Below are positions 1 to 7,909 of a stretch of 16,900 nt of DNA, piece after piece. Source of the DNA: Clostridium sp. 27_14 (GTDB taxonomy: Bacteria; Bacillota; Clostridia; TANB77; CAG-508). The notes under the pieces are model-generated. The model was given only the letters and a program-made list of their open reading frames with translations, was not told where the DNA came from and searched no databases. Both the position numbers and the translations under genes were made by a program. Numbering within the stretch: position 1 is the stretch's first letter; each line of letters begins with the position of its first letter. Location: assembly GCA_001916035.1 (NCBI GenBank), contig MNRQ01000021.1:40319-57218 (forward strand), given 5' to 3'.

Positions 1-89
1 GCAAAAAAAAGAAAAAGAGAGGAAATAATAGAAAAATGAGAAACAAAAAAATCAAAAAGAATAAAAATCTCAAAATAAAAACAGAAAAA

Positions 90-1275
90 ATAGAATAAAA
101 TAGAAAAAAATAGTAAAAAAAAGAAAACAAAAGAAAATAATATAAAAACAACAAATAAATAAAAAATTAAAATAAACGAAAATAAAAATATAGAAAAAAA
201 TAAAAATAAATAAACAAATTATATAATGAATAAAAAAATAAAAATAAAGCGAAAATAATAGAAATAAATAAAAAATAGAAAAAAAAACAAAAAAAGATAT
301 AAAAAACTGTGGAAAACTAATGTAAAAAATTAAAATAAAATAAAAAAAAACAAATAAATTACAAAAAGTAATACAAAAATAGCAATAAATGAAAAAAAGT
401 AAGATAAAAAAGAAAAAAATATAAAAAAATAGAATAAATAAAAAAAAATAGCAGCAAAAGAAATAGTATAAAAATAACAAATAAATAAAAAATAAAAAAC
501 AAACGAAAATAAGAATATATAAAAAAATAAAATTAAACAAATAAATTATATTATAAATAGAAAAATAAAAATAAAGCGAAAATAATAGTAATAAATAAAA
601 AATAAAATAAAAAAAGAATAACAAATATAAAAAACTGTGGAAAACTAATACAAAAATTGAAATTAAATAAAAAAATTTATTAAATAATATTAAAAAGAAA
701 AAATATAAAATAAAAATGATAGAAAATAGAATAAATTAAAAAAATTTACAAAAGAAATAAAAGAAAAATAAGAAACAAAAAAATTAAATAAAAATAAAAG
801 CAAACGAAAATAAAAATATAGAAAAAAATAAAAATAAGTAAATAAATTATATAATGAAAAAAACAAATAAAAATAAAACGAAAATAATAAAAATAAAATA
901 AAAAATGAAAAAAACAAGTAAAACACATTAAAAACTGTGGAAAAGTAATACCAAAAAGCAAGATTAAATAAATAAAGTAGAAAAAAATAAAGCAAATCTA
1001 AAACAAAATCTAAAAAATAATATAAAATTAGAAAAAAACAATAAAAAATAATATAAAAAATAGAATAAATTAGAATAAAATAGTAAAGAAAAAACTAGAA
1101 AATAATATAATAATAAAAATAAAAAAAAATAAAAACAAGCGAAAATAAAAATATAGAAAAAAACAAAAATAAATAAATAAATTATATAATTAATAAAAAA
1201 ATAAAAATAAAAAGAAAATAAGAAAAATAAACAAAAAAACACATAAAAAATATTAAAATTTGTGGAAAACATAAA
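90..1275. repeat. Non-coding A-rich tandem array, about four units of ~300-335 bp
   Basis: Long blocks recur in the same order. These include tagaataaa(a/t)tag..tagtaaa, caa(a/g)cgaaaataaaaatatagaaaaaaa, aaacaaat(aaat)tatata, ataaa(g/a)cgaaaataata and aaaactgtggaaaa(c/g)taat. The CG anchor of ..acgaaaata.. lies at 177, 504, 805 and 1140 (spacings 327, 301, 335). All + frames are full of TAA/TAG. The only ORFs are Phe/Leu/Tyr-rich artefacts on the - strand. Local 10-nt phasing of A-tracts occurs (e.g. tagaataaaa/tagaaaaaaa/tagtaaaaaa at 91-120). Confidence 0.8.
308..1269 (-). promoter_or_regulatory. Four regularly spaced DnaA-box-like motifs, one per repeat unit (TGTGGAAAA on +, TTTTCCACA on -)
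   Basis: Exact 9-mers TGTGGAAAA lie at 308-316, 636-644, 936-944 and 1261-1269. TTTTCCACA fits the relaxed DnaA box TTWTNCACA, one mismatch from TTATCCACA. The flanking context AAAACTGTGGAAAACTAAT is conserved in the first three copies. Confidence 0.4.
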
Positions 1276-1356
1276 AAAAAATAAAATAAAAAAGGAAAAA
1301 TAAAATAAAATTATAAAAATATATGTAAAAATAATAAAAAAAATAAAAATAAAGTA

Positions 1357-1385
1357 TAGCCAAAAATAAAAAAAGATGATATAGT
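1357..1385 (+). promoter_or_regulatory. Possible recF promoter with extended -10
   Basis: TGaTATAGT lies at 1377-1385 (TG-extended -10). A weak -35-like tagcca lies at 1357-1362 with a 17 nt spacer, about 25 nt upstream of the recF ATG. Confidence 0.3.
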
Positions 1386-1409
1386 ATAAAAAGAAAAGTG
1401 GTGAAAAAA

Positions 1410-2477
1410 ATGTGGATAAAAGAAATACAATTAAAAAATTTCAGAAATTATAAGGAAGAAAAAATAAAATTAAATAAAAATATAAATATTCTATACGGAG
1501 AAAACGCACAAGGAAAAACAAATATAATTGAATCAATATTTTTATGTAGTATGGGAAAATCTTTTAGAGCAAAAAAAGATAAAGAAATGATAAAAATAAA
1601 TGAAGATATTTGTTCCGTAGAAGTGGAATATGAAAAATCAGATAGAGAAGGAAAAATAAAAATAGAAATAGGAAATAAAAAAAACATTTTTATAAACGAA
1701 ATAAAAATAAAAAAGTTAAGTGAGTTATTAGGAAAAATAAATATAGTAATTTTCACACCAGACGATATAGAAATTATAAAAGGAGGACCAGACCAAAGAA
1801 GAAAATTCCTAGATATTATGATTAGCCAATTAAGACCAAATTATATTCATATATTATCATTATATCAAAAAACAATAGAACAAAGAAATAATTATTTAAA
1901 ACAAATTAAAGAAGAAAATAAAGATGAAAATCTTTTAGAAATATGGGACGAAAAATTATCAGAATATGCAGTAAAAATATATGAATATAGAAAAGAATTC
2001 ATAAATAAGCTAATACCAAAGATGGAAAATTTGCATAAAGAAATCACTAATAATAAGGAAAAAATAAAAATAGAATACATAACAGAATGTGAAAACAAAG
2101 AAAAATATATAAAATTATTAAAAGAAAGAAGAAAATTAGATATTTTAAAGGGATTTACAACAAAGGGTGTACATAGAGATGATTTTGTGATATATATAAA
2201 TGGAAAGCAAATAAACATATATGGATCACAAGGTCAACAAAGAACTTCAGTTTTAACATTAAAATTATCAGAGCTAAATTTAATATATGATGAAATAGGT
2301 GAATATCCAATTTTATTATTAGATGATTTTATGTCAGAACTAGATAAAAGTAGAAGAGAAAGTTTAGTAAAACATATCAAAGAAACACAAGTAATAATAA
2401 CATGTACTGACAAATTAGCACTTGAAAATTTTGAATATTTAGAATATAATGTTAAAGAAGGAAAAATAATAAACTAA
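1410..2477 (+). CDS. recF: DNA replication and repair protein RecF
   Basis: The N-terminus MWIKEIQLKNFRNY is typical of RecF. It has Walker A GENAQGKTN, SMC-like signature SQGQQR and Walker B ILLLDD. The track ORF begins at GTG 1398, but ATG 1410 is preferred because it follows a weak SD (agtggtga) and gives the canonical N-terminus. Stop is TAA. Confidence 0.93.
   Translation: MWIKEIQLKNFRNYKEEKIKLNKNINILYGENAQGKTNIIESIFLCSMGKSFRAKKDKEMIKINEDICSVEVEYEKSDREGKIKIEIGNKKNIFINEIKIKKLSELLGKINIVIFTPDDIEIIKGGPDQRRKFLDIMISQLRPNYIHILSLYQKTIEQRNNYLKQIKEENKDENLLEIWDEKLSEYAVKIYEYRKEFINKLIPKMENLHKEITNNKEKIKIEYITECENKEKYIKLLKERRKLDILKGFTTKGVHRDDFVIYINGKQINIYGSQGQQRTSVLTLKLSELNLIYDEIGEYPILLLDDFMSELDKSRRESLVKHIKETQVIITCTDKLALENFEYLEYNVKEGKIIN
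1411..1419 (-). promoter_or_regulatory. Perfect consensus DnaA box (TGTGGATAA, reverse complement of TTATCCACA) overlapping the recF start
   Basis: This is an exact 9/9 match, lying immediately after the A of the ATG at 1410 (aTGTGGATAAaa). Confidence 0.4.
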
Positions 2478-2495
2478 AAATAGGAGGAAAACAAA

Positions 2496-4424
2496 ATGGA
2501 AAAATACCAACACGAATATGGCGCAGAACAAATACAAGTACTAGAAGGACTAGAAGCCGTAAGAAAAAGACCAGGAATGTATATAGGAAGCACATCTGTA
2601 AGAGGCTTACATCACATGGTATATGAAATAGTAGACAATGGAGTAGATGAAGCTCTAGCAGGATATTGCACAGAAATAAATGTTATAATAGAAAAAGGAA
2701 ATATAATAACAGTAATAGATAACGGTAGAGGAATACCAGTAGAAATACACCCAAAAACACATATATCTACTGCAGAAACAGTTTATACAGTATTACACGC
2801 AGGAGGAAAATTTGGAGGAGACAGCGGATACAAAGTTTCAGGAGGTTTACATGGAGTTGGAGCATCAGTTGTAAACGCATTATCATCTTGGACAGAAGTA
2901 ACTATCCAAAGAGATGGTGGAATTTTTGAAATGAAATTTGAAAAAGGAAAAACTGTTGAGAAACTAAAAAGAATAGGGGACTCTAAAAAAACTGGAACAA
3001 AAGTAAGATTTTTAGCTGATAATACAATATTTGAAAGCCTAGAGTATGAATATGAAGTATTAGAAAAAAGATTAAGAGAAATAGCATTTTTAACAAAAGG
3101 ATTAAAAATAACAATAGAAGACCAAAGAGAAGAAACACCAAAAAAAGCAGAATTTTGTTATGAAGGAGGATTAATATCATTTGTAGAATACCTAAATAAA
3201 AATAAAGAAAAAATCCATCCAACACCAATTTATATAGAAAAACAAGGAGAAGTACCAGTAGAAATAGCTATTCAATATACAACAGCTTACTCAGAAAATA
3301 TATACACATTTGTTAATAACATAAATACAATCGAAGGTGGAACACACTTAGAAGGATTTAAAAGAGCACTAACAAAAGTTTTTAATGACTATGCAAGAAG
3401 CCACAATATTTTAAAGGAAAAAGATAATAATTTACAAGGTGAAGACATTAGGGAAGGAATAACAGCAGTAATATCTGTAAAAGTAAAAGAACCACAATTT
3501 GAAGGACAAACAAAAACAAAACTAGGAAACAGTGAAGTAACAGGTGTTGTACTTAGTATGGTAAATGAAGCATTATCAACATTTTTAGAAGAAAATCCAC
3601 AAGTAGCAAAAGCAATATTAGAAAAATGTGTCAGTGCATCAAGAGCAAGAGAAGCAGCAAGAAAAGCAAGAGAATTAGTAAGAAAGAAAAGCAGTCTAGA
3701 AACTTCAACATTACCAGGTAAATTAGCAGATTGCAGTAGCAAAATAGCAGATGAATGTGAAGTATATATAGTCGAAGGGGATTCAGCTGGAGGAAGTGCA
3801 AAACAAGGAAGAGATAGAAAATTCCAAGCAATTTTACCATTATGGGGAAAAATGTTAAATGTTGAAAAAGCAAGAGCAGACAAAATTTACGGAAATGATA
3901 AATTAAATCCAGTAATTGTAGCTATAGGAGCAGGAATAGGAGCAGATTTTGACATTACAAAAATAAGATATGGAAAAGTAATAATAATGGCAGATGCAGA
4001 TGTAGACGGTGCACATATTAGAACATTACTATTAACATTCTTCTTTAGATACATGAGACCATTAATAGAAAATGGAAACGTATATTTAGCTCAACCACCA
4101 CTATATAAATTATCTAAAAAAGGAATGGAAGACATTTATTGTTACACAGATGAAGATTTGGCAAAAGCATATAAAGACTTAGAAGCTAAGGGAATAGAAA
4201 GAAGCACATTAGGACTTCAAAGATATAAAGGTTTAGGAGAAATGAACCCAGAACAATTATGGGAAACAACAATGGATCCAGATAAAAGAATCTTAGTTAA
4301 AGTAACAATGGATGATGCTATAAAAGCAGATGAAATATTTACATTATTAATGGGAGACGAAGTAGAACCAAGAAGAGAATTTATTCAACAAAATGCAAAA
4401 TATGTTACAAACTTAGATATTTAA
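2496..4424 (+). CDS. gyrB: DNA gyrase subunit B
   Basis: A strong RBS (aggagga) lies 8 nt upstream of the ATG. GHKL ATPase motifs are present ([28 protein letters not shown]). The Toprim [16 protein letters not shown] and C-terminal [21 protein letters not shown] are also present. The length of 642 aa is full size. Confidence 0.98.
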   Translation: MEKYQHEYGAEQIQVLEGLEAVRKRPGMYIGSTSVRGLHHMVYEIVDNGVDEALAGYCTEINVIIEKGNIITVIDNGRGIPVEIHPKTHISTAETVYTVLHAGGKFGGDSGYKVSGGLHGVGASVVNALSSWTEVTIQRDGGIFEMKFEKGKTVEKLKRIGDSKKTGTKVRFLADNTIFESLEYEYEVLEKRLREIAFLTKGLKITIEDQREETPKKAEFCYEGGLISFVEYLNKNKEKIHPTPIYIEKQGEVPVEIAIQYTTAYSENIYTFVNNINTIEGGTHLEGFKRALTKVFNDYARSHNILKEKDNNLQGEDIREGITAVISVKVKEPQFEGQTKTKLGNSEVTGVVLSMVNEALSTFLEENPQVAKAILEKCVSASRAREAARKARELVRKKSSLETSTLPGKLADCSSKIADECEVYIVEGDSAGGSAKQGRDRKFQAILPLWGKMLNVEKARADKIYGNDKLNPVIVAIGAGIGADFDITKIRYGKVIIMADADVDGAHIRTLLLTFFFRYMRPLIENGNVYLAQPPLYKLSKKGMEDIYCYTDEDLAKAYKDLEAKGIERSTLGLQRYKGLGEMNPEQLWETTMDPDKRILVKVTMDDAIKADEIFTLLMGDEVEPRREFIQQNAKYVTNLDI

Positions 4425-4438
4425 AAAGAAAAAAATAA

Positions 4439-4480
4439 AAATGAGATTTGTGTAAAAATATAATTCAAGTCTCATTTTTT
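4439..4480 (+). terminator. Rho-independent terminator downstream of gyrB
   Basis: An 11-bp stem pairs aatgagatttg (4440-4450) with caagtctcatt (4466-4476), with one G-U pair. It is followed by a T run through 4480. Confidence 0.7.
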
Positions 4481-4540
4481 ATATTCAGTTTTTACTTTAT
4501 ATATACTTTATTTTTAAATATAAAATATTAAAATAAATAT

Positions 4541-4578
4541 AAAAAATTTAATAGGAAAGAAAAAATCTTTCCTATTAA
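4541..4578 (-). terminator. Intrinsic terminator for a minus-strand transcript arriving from the 4580-5000 region
   Basis: A perfect 13-bp stem pairs 4548-4560 (ttaataggaaaga) with 4566-4578 (tctttcctattaa) around a 5-nt loop. On the - strand the hairpin is followed by AUUUUUUAUAU. On the + strand no U run follows. Confidence 0.55.
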
Positions 4579-4960
4579 TCTGAAAAGCCAATAACAATCT
4601 TAGCTAAGACTAATATATCTAATATTTAAACCTAATATATATTACTATATAAATAAGCCGGATACCACATATATTAATCAGTCGCTCGACTATTAGAACA
4701 CCATAGAATAACTATATTCATCCTAAAAAAGGACTAATAATAACCATAATAAAATATAAAAATAATCTTAGCTCGAATTTATTACATATATTACAACTAT
4801 AAATAATTAAATAGCTTACATACACATAATAAATTCTTCTCGCCGACATATGAAAATATAAAAACATACACTTTCATACATCTTTGTCCGAATAATAATA
4901 AACTGATAAAAATCTATTATTACTCTTGGCTCAACTGTTATCAACCTTACAATAATATTA
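4579..4960 (-). other. Orphan non-coding stretch, either a candidate ncRNA or a decayed gene remnant
   Basis: Composition differs from the flanking spacers: noticeably more G+C and no A excess on the + strand. No credible ORF exists in any frame. It ends at the minus-strand terminator 4541-4578. It contains a 12-bp perfect palindrome TCTTAGCTAAGA (4598-4609), with a half-site copy aatcttagct near 4767. Confidence 0.3.
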
Positions 4961-5054
4961 TGAACAAAAATAAAAAAAATATACATAAAAAATAAAAAAA
5001 TTATAAATATATAAAAAAACAATTAATTAAATTAAGAAATAATAAAATAATAAA

Positions 5055-5115
5055 AATTAAACAAATAAATATATTCTAAAAAAATAAACATAAATAAAAC
5101 GAAAATAAAAGGGAA
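5055..5115. repeat. Partial fifth copy of the recF-upstream repeat unit
   Basis: attaaacaaataaatatatt..(38 nt from C5062 to C5100)..ataaaacgaaaataa matches copy 2 at 532-590. Copy 2 reads attaaacaaataaattatatt..(39 nt)..ataaagcgaaaataa, with the same order and spacing. Confidence 0.5.
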
Positions 5116-5191
5116 AAAAACAAAAAAGTGAAAAAGTGACAAAAAAATGTAAAAAAATAAGGAAAAGTCGAGTTTTGTCGAAAATTTATTA

Positions 5192-5220
5192 TTGACAGAA
5201 GTAATAATAGATAGTAAAAT
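5192..5220 (+). promoter_or_regulatory. Canonical sigma-70/SigA-type promoter for the VirB4 module
   Basis: TTGACA (5192-5197), an exact 17-nt spacer, then TAAAAT (5215-5220). It lies 16 nt upstream of ORF 5236. It is preceded by direct repeats AAAAGTGA (5124-5131, 5133-5140) and AAAAGTCGA (5164-5172). Confidence 0.7.
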
Positions 5221-5235
5221 TGCAAAAAAAGAGAG

Positions 5236-5805
5236 GTGATAAAAATAAAAGAAAAAACTATAAAAGAGTGGATACCATTAGAAAAAATATATAAAGATGG
5301 AACAATAAAATTAAAAAATAATAATTATATAAAAATAATAAAAATAATGCCAATTAATTATAATTTAAAATCAGAATTAGAAAAAAAATCAATAATTAAT
5401 TCATATAAAATATTTTTAAAAACATGTAACTTTCCAATACAAATTTTAATTCAAAGTAAAAAAGAAAATTTAGATGATCATATTTTAAAAATCCAAAAAA
5501 ATATAGAAAAAAATAAAAAAATAGAAGATATAGGAAAAGAATATATTAAATATATAAAATCAATAAATTTATCAAAAAAATCATCAACAAAAGAATTTTA
5601 TATCGTAATTAATAATGAAAAAAATAATACAAAAAATAATATAGAAATAGAAGAAATCATAAAAAACGAATTAAATGAAAAATATTTTAAAATCAAAGAA
5701 TGTTTATCAAGATGTGGAAATTCAGTTCAAGAAATTTCAGAAAAAGAGGAAACAATAAAAATTTTATTTTCATTCCTCAACACCAGAAAAAATTTAATAA
5801 ATTAG
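5236..5805 (+). CDS. N-terminal fragment of a Gram-positive VirB4-family conjugation ATPase (TcpF/Tn916 Orf16-like N-domain)
   Basis: WIPLEKIYKDGTIKLKNNNYIKIIKIMPINYNLKSELEKKSIINSYKIFLKTCNFPIQILIQSKK, then KEFYIVIN, then LSRCGNSVQEISEKEETIKILFSFLN follows the architecture I recall for the N-terminus of Orf16/TcpF-type ATPases. The GTG start abuts the SD (gagagGTG), so the true start is uncertain. The ORF ends at TAG 5803-5805. Confidence 0.6.
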   Translation: MIKIKEKTIKEWIPLEKIYKDGTIKLKNNNYIKIIKIMPINYNLKSELEKKSIINSYKIFLKTCNFPIQILIQSKKENLDDHILKIQKNIEKNKKIEDIGKEYIKYIKSINLSKKSSTKEFYIVINNEKNNTKNNIEIEEIIKNELNEKYFKIKECLSRCGNSVQEISEKEETIKILFSFLNTRKNLIN

Positions 5806-6088
5806 AAAAAAATAATAAATGTAATATGGAAAAAATACAAACAAAATTTCTAAAAAAAGCAAAAAAAAGTAGACATAAAACATAAAAAGATATAAAAAAA
5901 ATAGAAATAAAAAATAAAAGAAACCAATATATCCGTAAAGCCTTTTAATAAAGAAAAAACATAAAAAAGCAGAAACAAAAGATCAAAAATAGGAAGAATA
6001 TTAAAACAAAAAATGAGTTTACAATAAAATGTACAATGTAAACTAAATAATAGAAAGGAGAAAGTGACTTTAACATCACTTATAATTA
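5806..6088 (+). pseudogene. Decayed linker between the two VirB4 fragments
   Basis: This is a 283-nt gap. Frame 0 (pos mod 3 = 0) stays open across most of it, with only a few stops (TAA 5883, TAA-TAA 5946-5951, TAA ~6039). That is unusual for such A-rich DNA. The upstream ORF is in frame 1 and the downstream ORF in frame 2. Confidence 0.4.
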
Positions 6089-7888
6089 ATGGAAGAAGAA
6101 AAAAATATATATAAAGGAATAGTAAAAGAAGAAGAAAAAATATATCCAGCATATATAAATTTAAAAAATTCAAAATATATAGAAATAGATAATCTGTATT
6201 ATGCAGGATTAATTTGTATAGATTACTATAGAGAGCAAACAGATTTAATATTAAAAACACTAATCGAAACAAACATAAATATGAATATATCAATATTTTA
6301 TGAAAAACAAGATTCATATAAAACAATAAAAGATTTAACATATCATATAGGAAATGTAGGAGTAGAATTAAAAGAAAGTAATGAAAACAGACAAGATATA
6401 GATATAGCAGCATTTACATATAATGACGCAAAATATATAAGAAAAGAAATGCAAATAAATAACGAAGACTTGTATTTTCTATATATCTATATAGTTATTT
6501 ATGATACAGAATTAAAAAAATTAGAATATTACCTAAACAAAATAGAAGGAATAACACAAAGTAAAGGAATACAAACAAAAAGAGCAAACTTTAGGGAAGA
6601 AGAAATATTTTTATCAACATTACCATTTATGGAAAACAAAGAAATAATAAAAGAAGCAGCAAGAAGAAATGTTTTAACAAGTGGATTGTTAGCAACATAT
6701 CCATTCATTTCATCAACAATATTTGATGCAGAAGGAATATTTATAGGAACAAATATTTATAACAATTCAATGGTATTTATAGATAGATACAATACTCAAA
6801 AATATAAAAATGCAAATATGTGTATATTTGGAACAAGTGGAGCAGGAAAATCATTCTATACTAAATTATTAATATTAAGGTACAAACTACTAGGGATAAA
6901 ACAATATATAATAGATCCAGATAGAGAATATACAAACATCTGCAAAGAACTTGGAGGAACACTAATAAAAATAGGACCAACATCAGAAACATACATAAAT
7001 ATACTAGACATAAGAAAAGAAAGCATAGAAGAAGGAGAAAAAGGATATTTAGCAACAAAAATATCAAAATTAATAGGATTTTTTAATTTAATATTTGGAG
7101 AATTAGATGAAGAAGAAAAAGCATTAATAGAAGAAAAATTAATAGAAACATATAAAATAAAAAACATAACATTTGATGACGAAACACTTTATAAAAAAGA
7201 TAAAAATAAAATATTAAAAGAATTTAAAACAACAAAAGATATGCCAATTTTAAAAGACTTATATGACATATTAGGAAAAGACGAAAGAACAAAAAAATTT
7301 AAAATAAAATTAATACCATTTATAGAAGGATCAATGAAATTTTTTAATAATTATACAAATATTGAAATAAACAATGAACTAATAATAGCAGATATTTATG
7401 ATTTAGGAGAAGAAAATATACAATATGGTATGTATTTATTTACTGATATTTTCTGGGATAAGATAAAAGAAAATAGAAATGAAAAAAAAGCTATATACAT
7501 GGATGAAATATGGAGACTAATAGGAGTAACATCAAATAAAAATGTAGCAAGTTTTATATATAAAATATTCAAAACAATAAGAAAATATGGAGGAAGCAGT
7601 GTAGCAATAACTCAGGATATATCAGATATATTTAGCCTAGAAAACGGAACATACGGAAAAAGTATTTTAAATAATTCAAGCATAAAAACATTTTTTTCAC
7701 TAGAGGAAGAAAACATAAAAATATTAAGTGAATATACTAATCTATCCGAACAAGAAAAAGTAGAAATAAAATCACTAAAAAGAGGAGAATGTTTAATGTT
7801 TGTTGGAGAAGATCATATATTAACAAAAATTGAATCATCAGAAACAGAAAAAAAAATAATAGAAGAAAATAAAAAATATGAACATTAA
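6089..7888 (+). CDS. VirB4-family type IV secretion/conjugation ATPase, central and C-terminal (ATPase) part
   Basis: It has Walker A FGTSGAGKSF, Walker B KAIYMDEIWRL, and a downstream ITQD / KSILNNS..FF motif region. The N-terminal part (SKYIEIDNLYYAGLICIDYY..NISIFYEKQ..RQDIDIAAF..EDLYFLYIYIVIYD..KRANFREEEIFLSTLPF) parallels the mid-domain of Orf16/TcpF-type proteins. ATG 6089 lies 28 nt from the only SD (aaaggag, 6054-6060), which is poorly placed for independent initiation. Confidence 0.85.
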   Translation: MEEEKNIYKGIVKEEEKIYPAYINLKNSKYIEIDNLYYAGLICIDYYREQTDLILKTLIETNINMNISIFYEKQDSYKTIKDLTYHIGNVGVELKESNENRQDIDIAAFTYNDAKYIRKEMQINNEDLYFLYIYIVIYDTELKKLEYYLNKIEGITQSKGIQTKRANFREEEIFLSTLPFMENKEIIKEAARRNVLTSGLLATYPFISSTIFDAEGIFIGTNIYNNSMVFIDRYNTQKYKNANMCIFGTSGAGKSFYTKLLILRYKLLGIKQYIIDPDREYTNICKELGGTLIKIGPTSETYINILDIRKESIEEGEKGYLATKISKLIGFFNLIFGELDEEEKALIEEKLIETYKIKNITFDDETLYKKDKNKILKEFKTTKDMPILKDLYDILGKDERTKKFKIKLIPFIEGSMKFFNNYTNIEINNELIIADIYDLGEENIQYGMYLFTDIFWDKIKENRNEKKAIYMDEIWRLIGVTSNKNVASFIYKIFKTIRKYGGSSVAITQDISDIFSLENGTYGKSILNNSSIKTFFSLEEENIKILSEYTNLSEQEKVEIKSLKRGECLMFVGEDHILTKIESSETEKKIIEENKKYEH

Positions 7889-7909
7889 AAGAAAGGAATT
7901 TTATTAAAA

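Noticed and set aside
70-1272. Four minus-strand ORFs (184, 101, 71 and 102 aa) made almost entirely of Phe/Leu/Tyr/Ile
   Set aside because: They are reverse-complement artefacts of the poly-A-like tandem array, where TTT/TTA/TAT codons dominate. They repeat with the DNA repeat, overlap each other in different frames and have no RBS.
1448-3883. Antisense ORFs inside recF and gyrB (102, 108, 81, 164 and 80 aa)
   Set aside because: These are shadow ORFs opposite well-supported genes. They have low-complexity or Ser/Leu/Phe-rich composition and no start context.
4816-5022. 68-aa minus-strand ORF in the gyrB-distal spacer
   Set aside because: Half of it is a Phe/Ile run from A-rich DNA. It has no RBS and ends 240 nt before the minus-strand terminator. 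The region is treated as non-coding or decayed.
5160-5190. Possible oriT-like inverted repeat at gtcgagttttgtcgaaaa
   Set aside because: On inspection the GTCGA elements are direct, not inverted. No relaxase is present in the window.
5700-6413. A 61-aa + ORF overlapping the end of the VirB4 N-fragment, and a 187-aa minus-strand ORF across the linker
   Set aside because: The first is out of frame with a better-supported ORF. Only its tail (5806-5885) is of interest, as a possible remnant of the VirB4 linker. The second is a Leu/Phe-rich antisense artefact.
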